A stretch of DNA of 63,181 nucleotides, the filler included, from Saprolegnia diclina VS20 (Eukaryota): NCBI RefSeq assembly GCF_000281045.1. It is 5 parts of 2 records of this genome, joined end to end, with 100 filler letters (N's around TTAATTAATTAA, not from the genome) between each part and the next. Parts side by side here need not be neighbours in the genome. Positions count along the whole stretch, not along the records: positions 50,159 to 58,551 come from NW_008246091.1; positions 58,652 to 60,751 come from NW_008246091.1; positions 60,852 to 63,181 come from NW_008246091.1; 2 more parts are not named here. One strand, written 5' to 3'. The notes below the pieces were generated by a model. That model saw only the letters and a program-made list of their open reading frames with translations, was not told the origin of the DNA and made no database searches. The translations under genes were made by a program, and so were the position numbers. This document shows, piece by piece, positions 51,423-61,576 of this stretch (positions within the stretch are counted from its first letter, which is position 1; every line of letters starts with the position of its first letter).

Positions 51423-52379
51423 NNNNNNNNNNNNNNNNNNNNNNNNNNNNNNNNNNNNNNNNNNNNNNNNNNNNNNNNNNNNNNNNNNNNNNNNNNNNNN
51501 NNNNNNNNNNNNNNNNNNNNNNNNNNNNNNNNNNNNNNNNNNNNNNNNNNNNNNNNNNNNNNNNNNNNNNNNNNNNNNNNNNNNNNNNNNNNNNNNNNNN
51601 NNNNNNNNNNNNNNNNNNNNNNNNNNNNNNNNNNNNNNNNNNNNNNNNNNNNNNNNNNNNNNNNNNNNNNNNNNNNNNNNNNNNNNNNNNNNNNNNNNNN
51701 NNNNNNNNNNNNNNNNNNNNNNNNNNNNNNNNNNNNNNNNNNNNNNNNNNNNNNNNNNNNNNNNNNNNNNNNNNNNNNNNNNNNNNNNNNNNNNNNNNNN
51801 NNNNNNNNNNNNNNNNNNNNNNNNNNNNNNNNNNNNNNNNNNNNNNNNNNNNNNNNNNNNNNNNNNNNNNNNNNNNNNNNNNNNNNNNNNNNNNNNNNNN
51901 NNNNNNNNNNNNNNNNNNNNNNNNNNNNNNNNNNNNNNNNNNNNNNNNNNNNNNNNNNNNNNNNNNNNNNNNNNNNNNNNNNNNNNNNNNNNNNNNNNNN
52001 NNNNNNNNNNNNNNNNNNNNNNNNNNNNNNNNNNNNNNNNNNNNNNNNNNNNNNNNNNNNNNNNNNNNNNNNNNNNNNNNNNNNNNNNNNNNNNNNNNNN
52101 NNNNNNNNNNNNNNNNNNNNNNNNNNNNNNNNNNNNNNNNNNNNNNNNNNNNNNNNNNNNNNNNNNNNNNNNNNNNNNNNNNNNNNNNNNNNNNNNNNNN
52201 NNNNNNNNNNNNNNNNNNNNNNNNNNNNNNNNNNNNNNNNNNNNNNNNNNNNNNNNNNNNNNNNNNNNNNNNNNNNNNNNNNNNNNNNNNNNNNNNNNNN
52301 NNNNNNNNNNNNNNNNNNNNNNNNNNNNNNNNNNNNNNNNNNNNNNNNNNNNNNNNNNNNNNNNNNNGTGACCAAATCG

Positions 52380-52520
52380 ATCGGGTCCGATGGATTTGAG
52401 TGAGCTAATTCGTCGGGTCCGATGAATTTGAGTGACCTAATCCGTCGGGTCCGATGAATTTGGGTCGGCTAATCCGTCGGGTCCGATGGATTTGACTGTG
52501 CATAGGCTAATCGGTCGGGT
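52380..52520 (-). repeat. Same ~31-32 bp unit in inverted orientation
   Basis: About 4 copies of TCGGGTCCGATGRATTTGAGTGASCTAATCCG, the reverse complement of the left array, decaying outward. Confidence 0.9.
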
Positions 52521-52789
52521 GTGATGCACGAGTGGCTTTATATACAGAATTAATGCCTGCTCTCAAACAGTAAGGGTGTGTACTTTGACCTCGGCTAAGT
52601 TGATTTTCGAATTGACCATCCTTCGCAAGAGATGTTGAGCTGGGACGTCAAATGTCACCCGAAGTAACACCGTGCACCTGACGAGGAGGACGACCTCTCT
52701 TCGTTTTCGATCGACGATCCGGTGCTCCCAGAGACCAACAAAATTTATTTGGAAGGCATAACGACCATACAATACGCAAGGTAATACAA

Positions 52790-53010
52790 TACGGAAATTT
52801 CACGGAGTTTTTGCCAAATCTTCCGTGTTCTTCCGTGTTGCCTCGTCACATTACTCCAGAAGCCTTTTCTTTCGTGTTTCCTCCGTGTCGTTCCAGATGT
52901 TTCTCCCTTTTCTTCCGTGTTTCTTCCGTGTTGCGACATCCGGCAAAAAACTTTCGTAAAATCTCCGTGTGAAAACACATGGCAATCTTAAAACTTCCGT
53001 GTTTTACGTG
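52790..53010. repeat. Dispersed short TTCCGTGTT-like motif cluster
   Basis: About 8 copies of (T/C)TCCGTGT(T), plus inverted ACGGA copies at the left edge. Confidence 0.65.
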
Positions 53011-53253
53011 TTGGCTAATCCACCCAATCACACAGCTTCATGGAAAAGCGGTCTCGAGTGTCACATGCCGCCATGTACTTATCTAAGCGAATTTCAAGGA
53101 CGCAAGCTCGAAGATACGACGAAAACTTCGAGAAATCTGATACCACCATCCCTCGCCGCCCCGATTCTACATCGGATCGCCGGCGCCCCGGTCTCCGTTA
53201 TCCGGAATCCTCCGTGATTTTGGACATAGCCTTGGATGTAGCCGATAAATCCT

Positions 53254-53367
53254 GCCCTTGATCGGAAAAGCCTAATTTGGGTCCTTTTTCACAAATCCCT
53301 GATTAGATTTAATCTAATCAGGGATCTGTGAAAAAAGGACCCAAATTAGGCTTTTCCGATCCAGGGC
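53254..53367. repeat. Near-perfect 114-bp palindrome (MITE-like hairpin)
   Basis: GATCGGAAAAGCCTAATTTGGGTCCTTTTT...GATTAGATT-T-AATCTAATC...AAAAAAGGACCCAAATTAGGCTTTTCCGATC, centred at 53310. Confidence 0.9.
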
Positions 53368-54224
53368 CGCAGATGCCAAGTCGACACGCTTGGAAGGACC
53401 AGGGAGCGCATGCCACGACGGACGACGGGCGCTCTAGAGTAGATTTGTGATGACTATAGTACACACGCAGAGCGCGCTCGTGTTCTTCGCCTATCGACAC
53501 GGTAGGCGCTATCACCGAGGTCGAGCGCCCGCTACCTCGTCGCGCCACCAAGCAGCCGCTAGTGAAGCCGCACGAGGCGTGTGGGAGAAGCAGCGCATAG
53601 AGGGCGTGCGCCGCAGCATGTGCGTCTTGCCGCAGCACGGGAGGTTTGGACAGAAGTAACCGCTTGCCCCGGCGTGGACTGTCTACTGCATGTGTGCGCC
53701 GACGCGATATTGTGCCTGCATAAACCGCTGCGCTGATCAACTTAGTTGCTAGGAATGTCGATGCCAACATAATCAACAGAAATACGAAAACAATTAGTCG
53801 TTAGAAAAGACAAACGGCTACGCTACGAGAGAACTCACTACTTGTTGGCTCGGCGCTTCACACGACGCTCGCGCTGACCTCGGTTACTCGTCATTCTCAC
53901 GCTTCCGACGGCGCTTGACTCGCGACGATTCCGCCAACGTTGGTTGCAAGCCATGCTCACGCTGCAGGTACGCGACAACGTCATCACTGAGGTTGGTGCA
54001 TGCGGCCTCGAGCACCTTGTGCATGTAGTCGGGCGCTTTCGGCTGCGTGACGAGCCAGCGCAGAATCTGGAGATCGCTGCTGGCAGCGGCTTGGCACATG
54101 GCATCCTTGAGCTTCGCTTCGAGTCGATTTCCCAAAAGGAACTGCACGAGCGCGAGGTTGCCGCTCTCGACCGCGACTTGGATCGTCGCCTTGTTGAAGC
54201 CGTGTATTGTAGACTACAGTACAA

Positions 54225-54329
54225 CGCGCAACGGCCACTTGGACTTGATCAAGTTCTTGCACACGCACGACTACAGTCTGTAGTCGTGCGTGTGCAAGAA
54301 CTTGATCAAGTCCAAGTGGCCGTTGCGCG
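54225..54329. repeat. Perfect 52+1+52 bp palindrome inside ankyrin coding sequence
   Basis: CGCGCAACGGCCACTTGG...GACTACAG-T-CTGTAGTC...CCAAGTGGCCGTTGCGCG, centred at 54277. Confidence 0.95.
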
Positions 54330-54547
54330 CCGCCAAGTTCACGTAGCGAGACGACCAACCGAAGATCTCCTTGCGCTGCGCAAACTCGACGACAGCCCGT
54401 GACCATGGCGACAAGCCTCCTTCCAGACGAAGCGCATGCCGCAGCCGAGGGCCAACGACATGCCGCGGCTCCGACGTCGGGTCCGACTCGGGAAGACGGA
54501 AAACCTCGAGCTCGAGGAGCCAAGCGAGCACGGATCGACGGTGGGCC

Positions 54548-55672
54548 GTACGTGTCGACAAAAGCCTCCTGGTCGGGAAAGGCCGCCGGCGAGAGGAGCG
54601 CGAGTTCAGCAGTACATCTAATCCGACTACCACGAGAGTCACCGTCACTGTGACGGCACAGAGCCTTCCACGCCTCGTAGGCCGTGGAGCACATCTTGAT
54701 GAGGTGGTGCAACGACGGGCTGAGCGCCGAGTAGAGGATCGCGAGGACACGCTTCTGCTCTTCGGCAGCGCAGAGGGTGAAGAACCACGTGCGTAGCGTA
54801 GTCGCATAGAGATCGAGGTCGTCACGGCACATCCGGGACTCCTCGGTCGTCATGTTGTCCGGCGCAGGAAGGGCGGCCTTGGCCGCAGCTTGCGAGGGCG
54901 CAGCGCTGGATTGCGACGCCTTGAGCTTGAGCTCGTTGCGCAAGTACGACGGGTCCGTGAGGTAGCCCTGCATCAAAAACGTAGAGAACGTCGCCGCAAA
55001 GTCGCGCCACTGCGAGATGTGGCGACACACGGGGTCAGTCCACGTGACCGCAATGCCCGTGAACGGCACCAGGTCGTCCGGGAGGACCGTGATGACGGGC
55101 ATCGTACAATCGGGGCTCCAAAGCGGCACGACGGCGCGAGTCGGACGAACCGCGACGGGCGGCGGCAAGTTGGCGCGAGCAGGCGTGGGTGCATACAAAG
55201 AGAGATTCGAGAACACTTCGACCGAGGTGCTACCACCAGCCGGAGACGACACGAGCTCGGTGACCAAAGCAAGAGGCTGCGAGAGCAGCACTTCGACGGG
55301 CGTAGAGAGGGCCATAACCTGTCAAGCTGGCACTTGGGGCAGCGAAGCACAAAGCAGAGGAACGAAGCTAAGAAGAGGAAGAGGAAGCAAAGGAGGCAAA
55401 CGGGCAAGCGGGAAGCAAGCCAGAACGGAACCAAAACAGAAGTGAGGGACCGTGAGGTCCCCACGACCTATGGCCCGGAATGTATTCAGGACATTATGGG
55501 ACATACAAACTACGAGAGAGGTGGGCAAAACCTCCGAGTGGAGGGAAATAGCCCCAACCTCAGTGGGAAAACAGCCAATGAAAGGGGCTGGACAAAACCA
55601 CTCGAACGAAAAGTGACGAAGGTGTGTCATCTTCGTGTCGGCTGACGAGCCTCTGGAGGTGCTCTCCTGACA
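54548..55672 (-). mobile_element. Truncated copia element: 5' LTR (55320-55672), PBS and partial gag
   Basis: The minus-strand LTR begins TGTCAGG and ends CTTGACA (inverted termini). It is followed at once by GGTTATGGCCC, a copia-type PBS containing the gag ATG at 55315. The ORF has the gag motif LSPSLHHLIKMCSTAYEAWKAL. Confidence 0.85.
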
Positions 55673-57883
55673 CGAAGGACGTCGGCATGATTGCGGGTCG
55701 CCGCTTCAAACACGACGTGGGGATGCATGTACGACGTTGAAGGCCCGTTTGTCCGAAAGAAGGGCGCGACAAGATCGGGGCAGCGGTACGTGGACGCCGT
55801 TGCGAACTCGAGTAGCCACCCTTGGTGGTATTGTCCGGCTGTAATCGTGTGCTGCGCTGCGAGCCATCGAAGCACTTCCATGTCTTCAACGTCAAGCGCG
55901 TACACAAGGAGGTGTACTTGGCACAGCTGAGCGAGCTCCAAAGTACCCCGTCGAGCAAACCACGGCTTGAAGCGGGCGTGGAAGGCGTCGGGCGTGGAAG
56001 GCGTCGTACGAGGGGCGGCCGACCAACACGGAGCAGCCGCGGCATGCCTGACGGAGTGCGCATACGGCCTCCGTTATGCCATTCGAGAAGCTCGTGATCA
56101 GCCGGATAAGATCCTCCGACCGGAGGACGCCCATGAAGCCCGTGGCCATCATGCTATCTTCCGCTCGGTAAAACACTGTTTTCAACACCAGTTGGCGAGT
56201 AGTGGTAAAACGTCTGTTTTAAACACATAAAAACATAGGTAACGCAGATTGACTTCATGCAGCCACGTCAAAACTAGCATTCTACGTACGCTAGCCACCT
56301 CTATCCCATGGTCACGCGTATATCTATAGGCTGCTTCAGCACTCGGCCTCGCCAACATCGACAACGTTGCAACTTCCCTGCAGCAACGTCGTGACAACGT
56401 CGCAACAGCGTTGTGACAGTCAAGACGTGAGCCTCGGACACCCACATCAAACCGGTTAGTCAAGCCGGCTAGCTGACGCGGTTATTCAAATCGACTAGCC
56501 GAAACCACTACGGTTTCTGTGCCCAAACGTGCTCAGCCTCCGAGCTGCCACGTCATGCAGCGTCCTGTCCACGTGCATCACTATGACTGCAGCAGCACGT
56601 CGTTGAAGCCCAGTCCCACGCGTAGGCTGTCGACTGCCCCCACCACAGCCGAGCTCCCAAACCACTGCGAGCCACCAATCTCTGCTCCTCCGCTTTGCTA
56701 ATAGACACCGAGTCTAGTCAACTCACTTCTTCTTTTGGTTTCTCGACCGCAAGTGCTTTCTCGTTTGTTATTTCCATCTCAACTGGCCAACGCTTCCTCT
56801 TGTACCCCGGGCAACACGCCGCGATCCTCACGGATCAATGCTCAAGCCTTCCACCTTGGATGATCGATGCCCTTTCCATCCCGACTGCCGTATGACACTG
56901 TCGTGACAACCCACAGTCGCAGTGGCAGGAAGCTGTCGAACGACAAGCTTAGCGCATCCAGAGACTGAAAAGCGACCGCGCGATGCGCGTGGAAGTGCTC
57001 CAAATAATCAAACCTCCGTGTCACCACCACTTGCGCTACTAGTATGTGTATAGTAGACCTCATGACCACAGAGTGAGGGCCGCGTAATGGAAGCTCGTCA
57101 CTGCAGTCGCAGCCTAGATTGCAGTCGGTCAATCCCTGCCAGAGCTGGCCGATGGTACCTCATGAGGCTCGCGTTTGGCACCGGGCTTGGCGTCGGCCAC
57201 TCGCTTCTTGCCGCTCCTGGTCGTATGGATTGGTCGTCTGCTAGTGGGGCTCTACATCCCGCCATCATTCGAGCTCATCGTACAGGACGAGGTCACGGAC
57301 CTGCGCTGTCGCCGGCGGGGCGGTGGCACATGGAGCACGGGCCGGCAGTTGCCTTCGGTCCCACGACGCTCTTCCCGTGCATCGGTCGCACTTCCACCCG
57401 GTCGTTCTCCTTGTCCAGCGCGCTGTCTCGTCCATGCTTGTTATGGCGCCGGCTCGGACGATCGGGAACTGACCAAAGATATGCACTCCAACAATACATA
57501 TTCCAAATATCGGATTACCGAGGTATGCGGGATTTCCCGCCACATGCGCACGATCCACCGACAACCTTTTTCTCTTTCGACGTGCAACCTGGTACACCCT
57601 TGCATGACTGCACCTCCACCTGGAGCACGATAATTGCTACTAGCAATCGATCGACTCGGGCAACACGACTACGAGCAGGTAGTTGGGGATGCTTGCGATT
57701 GCCCATATCCAGAGCCTCTAGGTGAATGCACTACGAGTGTCATCGATAGTCCATTTGAACAATCGACGTCAGGTGGAGAAGAAGCAATAGCCAGCGCTTC
57801 CTAGCGCAAAGGCGTTCGTACAAAAGGCTCGGACGCTGCTTTTACCAGTGACCTCATTTTCAAACGTACACTGCTCTACCACG

Positions 57884-58551
57884 ATGATGACGACGCCCAC
57901 CCCGATGCTTGGCTTCCTTGCGCTCTACATTCCGCGCACGAGGGCCAAATCCCAGCGCTACCTCGCCGCTGGCTTCCTCATGGCCATGCTCGTCCGCACC
58001 CTCGGGATGCGCCGCGTGCTTCTCGGCCTCCGCCCTTTTGCCTACAAGCTCTTGACAGCTGCCAAGGCAGGGTACGGCACGCAGCTTCGTCCGTTGCCTG
58101 ACAATGTCGAGACCATCCAGATGCTGCAGACGACAGTCGCCACCCAAGACATGACCATTGCCCACCTCACGACCAACGTCGCCGACCTCCACGAAGCCGC
58201 GCGGGTCCAGCGCGTCACTGCTACCGAGATCAGCGCCGACCTCAAGGTCCAAGTACACAATTTGAAGATTCGACTCCACCGCACGACCGAGTGCGCGGCC
58301 CAAAGTACCAAGGCGCTGCAGACCGTCGTCGCCTCCAAAGACGCAACGCTTGCCGCCAGAGACAATGTGATCACCGAGCTCCGAGCCCAAGTCGCTGCGC
58401 TGCACGAAGCCGCTCGGGTCCAGCGTGTGACGGCTACAACCATCAGCGCCGACCTCAAGGTCGAGCTCCACAATACCAAGATCCAGCTGCACCGCACCGA
58501 GGAGCGCGCGCGGCGCGACCTGACCGAGCTCCGCACCGCGTTCAGCACGCT
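57884..58551 (+). CDS. Coiled-coil protein with internal tandem repeat (partial, ends in a gap)
   Basis: Two copies of LHEAARVQRVTAT.ISADLKV..HN.KI.LHRT.E after a hydrophobic N-terminus. Confidence 0.6.
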
Positions 58552-58651
58552 NNNNNNNNNNNNNNNNNNNNNNNNNNNNNNNNNNNNNNNNNNNNTTAAT
58601 TAATTAANNNNNNNNNNNNNNNNNNNNNNNNNNNNNNNNNNNNNNNNNNNN

Positions 58652-60064
58652 GCACGGCTCTTGTCTTCTGGCATCGCAAGCATCGTCTCGTACGACGCCA
58701 TTTGCCTCTCTGCGTCCGGCACCATGGCGCGCATTCAGCCGACGCGGTCGCAGTATGTGGTTGGCGCGGTTTTTTCTGGTCTACAACTAACAGACAATTT
58801 TGCTGCTATCTGTGCCCATGACCCGTCGTATCCACTGCAATGTCAGTTGTACCTTGTACAGACTCTCAACTACATCACGACGTACATGACAACACAGTCC
58901 TCGTCGTCGCTCGAGAGCCGAATTGCATGCGTCCAGCCGCTCGTCCGCGACTTGAACATCTCGTTCATGATCTACACCAAGGCCACCGCTTCTTCGCCAA
59001 ACCTTCAGCTGCGCACCAAGAAGCTCCTCGACGACACTGAAGCGTCCTTCCGCTTCTTTGCATGGCTCTACCTCTACGACTGGGTCGTCGGCGTCCGTGA
59101 AGTCATTTCATTTCAGGGCGACAACAACACCCTCACGCTCCTCAGCGACATTCAGCTGCCATTGGCCCAAGCTACGCAGCCGTGGGAAGTCCCTGCCAAC
59201 ATTGCTCGGTACCTGCGAGCCGGCGTACTTTATGTCACGGGTGTCATGATGGCGATTGCGAGCGTGGTGACCTTGTACATGCTCGTGAGCCGCGGCCATT
59301 TCGAAGGTCTCAACATGCTCGAGCTTGGCCGAGTCGGCGGTATCGTCTGGGTCGGTCGACCGTTCTTGCTGCTACGGAGTATGACCGCCATCGTCGTCCT
59401 GTCGACAGCGACGCTCGAGCTGCAGTACTCGGGCTATACAAGTTACTTGGCCACTGTTCAAGATCCGTGGTACAAGACATTATTGGCGGCCAACGAAGTC
59501 ACGTGGCTCATTACGATCGTCAACGACATCCTTCTCGTTGTCACAGGACCGTACGCGACGCATTATGCGATTCTCAATGGTCTCTTGGTGTGGGCCATAG
59601 CTGCGCTCCTGACCATCTTGGCGCCTGTCACCTCGAAGCTTTCAGTGCACCTCGACTGTCACTTGAGTAGCGTCGACCACCAAGCCGAGTGTACCTCGGG
59701 CGAGCTGCACATTGGGAGTGCGTACCGCATGGCGGTCCTCATCGGCGCCGTCCTCGCCTCGCACGGGGTCTGCTACCTCGTCGTCCAACGAACGAGCCGC
59801 AAGCCGCCGTCGACGCATGTCGCGTCACTCTTTTTGACGTCGGGGGCCAAATTCCTGTTTGTGTCGACGCCGTGGATGTACAAGAACGTCTACTACGTCG
59901 ACCGCGCGTCGGCGGCGCTAGTCGGTTTCTTGACACTGCGCCTCAGCACCACGTTGGTGGTTTTGGACGTCAAGATTTGGCGCCATTTCCAACTGCCACT
60001 GACCAATGACGCGGCGGTGCCGACGGCCCTTCGATGTGGTGTGCCGCTGCGAGATACGTGTTAG
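58652..60064 (+). CDS. Multi-TM protein of an expanded Saprolegniales-type family (3' part)
   Basis: FFAWLYLYDWV.G.REVISFQGD, NMLELGRVGGIVWVGRPFLLLRS.TA..VLST and YYVDRASA.L.G.LT; several TM helices. Confidence 0.85.
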   Translation, partial: ARLLSSGIASIVSYDAICLSASGTMARIQPTRSQYVVGAVFSGLQLTDNFAAICAHDPSYPLQCQLYLVQTLNYITTYMTTQSSSSLESRIACVQPLVRDLNISFMIYTKATASSPNLQLRTKKLLDDTEASFRFFAWLYLYDWVVGVREVISFQGDNNTLTLLSDIQLPLAQATQPWEVPANIARYLRAGVLYVTGVMMAIASVVTLYMLVSRGHFEGLNMLELGRVGGIVWVGRPFLLLRSMTAIVVLSTATLELQYSGYTSYLATVQDPWYKTLLAANEVTWLITIVNDILLVVTGPYATHYAILNGLLVWAIAALLTILAPVTSKLSVHLDCHLSSVDHQAECTSGELHIGSAYRMAVLIGAVLASHGVCYLVVQRTSRKPPSTHVASLFLTSGAKFLFVSTPWMYKNVYYVDRASAALVGFLTLRLSTTLVVLDVKIWRHFQLPLTNDAAVPTALRCGVPLRDTC

Positions 60065-60236
60065 CAGCGGTGGATTATGGATGATGAATACATTCTCTGT
60101 GTTGTCTCTTGGACTGTGCAATATTCGAAATCGGATAGCGATGTTTGATTGGCTAAAACTATTTATACATATTGACAGTATTTAGAGATATAATGTGAAA
60201 AGACCAAGGACATCTTGTCCATAGAATTAAAATGCA

Positions 60237-60751
60237 CTACTGAACGACGAGTGGTAGTGCGGCCTGCAGCGGCGGCGGAGTGTCGCGCAGCATGGTTTCA
60301 GTCGACACGACAAATGCGCGCCAAATCTTGATGTCGAGGACGACCAACTTTTGGCCCCAGCGCAGCGTGAGCAGTCCATTAAGGGCTGCCGACGCGCGGT
60401 CCACATAATAGACATTCTTGTACATCCACGGGGATTGCGTAAACAAAAACGTAGCGCCCGACGTGAGAAAGAGTGACGAGGCGGCGGTGGACGGCCGGAA
60501 CTGCACACAACACGAGACAACAACGTAGCAGATCGCATGGGAGCCGACGACCAAGCCAATCAAAAGCGCCATACGGTCCAGATGGCCAATCTGGACCGAG
60601 CCCGAGGTGCAGCTCGCTGCGTAGTCGACGTCGAGCACGTGGCATTGGAGATCGATCGACGCGATGGCCGTCACGGGCGCCAACATCGTCAGGAGAGCAG
60701 CCGCCGTCCACACCAACAAGCCGTTCAGCATTGCGTAGTAGGCCGCATAGT
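60237..60751 (-). CDS. Same multi-TM family, second copy (3' fragment)
   Basis: LNGLLVW...SLFLTSGA.FLF...W.YKNVYYVDRASA.L.GLLT...VVLDIKIWR. Confidence 0.85.
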
Positions 60752-61009
60752 NNNNNNNNNNNNNNNNNNNNNNNNNNNNNNNNNNNNNNNNNNNNTTAAT
60801 TAATTAANNNNNNNNNNNNNNNNNNNNNNNNNNNNNNNNNNNNNNNNNNNNGATAAAGAGAGTGGGCAACCTCGTGTGTCTGGCCATTGCGTCAAGCGAA
60901 AAACATTCGTTAACTTTTTATGGCCAAGAGATCGTCACCTCGATGCGCGACAACTCAACGCCGTCACGACCTACAACAACTTGCAACCCACAACTATGGT
61001 GATCTGGGC

Positions 61010-61370
61010 CATGGCTGCCAAATGGGCGAGGGAGAACGACTTTTGGAGTTCAGAACGAAGTCTCTACTTTCATTCGATATGCATAGGAAAAGTTATAGGG
61101 AGCTCAAATACCCAAAAATGGTGCTCGTAGCGTGTGTATAGCGTGTGCTATGTGTCATTCAAATTGGTGTGGTGAGAACTGATACTGAACTTAGTATCAA
61201 TGTATCAGTGTATCGACCAGCTGGTACGGCTCATAGCACACGCTGTGCGCGTGCTACGAGCCCCATTCTTGGGTATTTGAGTTCCCTGTAACTTTTTCTA
61301 TGCATATCGAATGAAAGTGGAGACTTCGCCCCGAACTCCAAAAGTCGTTCTGCCTCGCCTGGCAGCCATG
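61010..61370. mobile_element. MITE-like element with ~140 bp imperfect terminal inverted repeats
   Basis: 61010-61152 (CATGGCTGCCA...GAACGACTTTTGGAGTTC...TTCATTCGATATGCATAG...GCGTGTGCTATG) is the imperfect reverse complement of 61232-61370. No coding capacity. Confidence 0.8.
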
Positions 61371-61576
61371 CCAGCTGTCCGGATAAAAATGCCGGATAAG
61401 ATCGTCACCGCGTCCTGCCAGCAACCGACAATCCGAGCGCTCGGAGCCACCCACCATGCATGAACCTACCTCTTTGTGTCCTCGAGCCACAAGACATACT
61501 CACGCCACGAGACAAACTTAAATCAGTTTTATTCATCAACATTGAGTACATGCAAAATGTATAGTACGCTTTAACT

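Larger units (their letters stand above)
53884..56152 (-). pseudogene. Ankyrin-repeat pseudogene disrupted by a copia fragment and a fold-back duplication
   Basis: 5' part MATGFMGVLRSEDLIRLITSFSNG (same family as the 32823 gene) to ...AATRNHADVLR. 3' part LAARNGHLDLIKFLH...AVESGNLALVQFLL...AAASSDLQILRWL. The frames are broken. Confidence 0.8.

Noticed and set aside
46297..52375. Long ORFs made mostly of X
   Set aside because: Artifacts of translating through N gaps.
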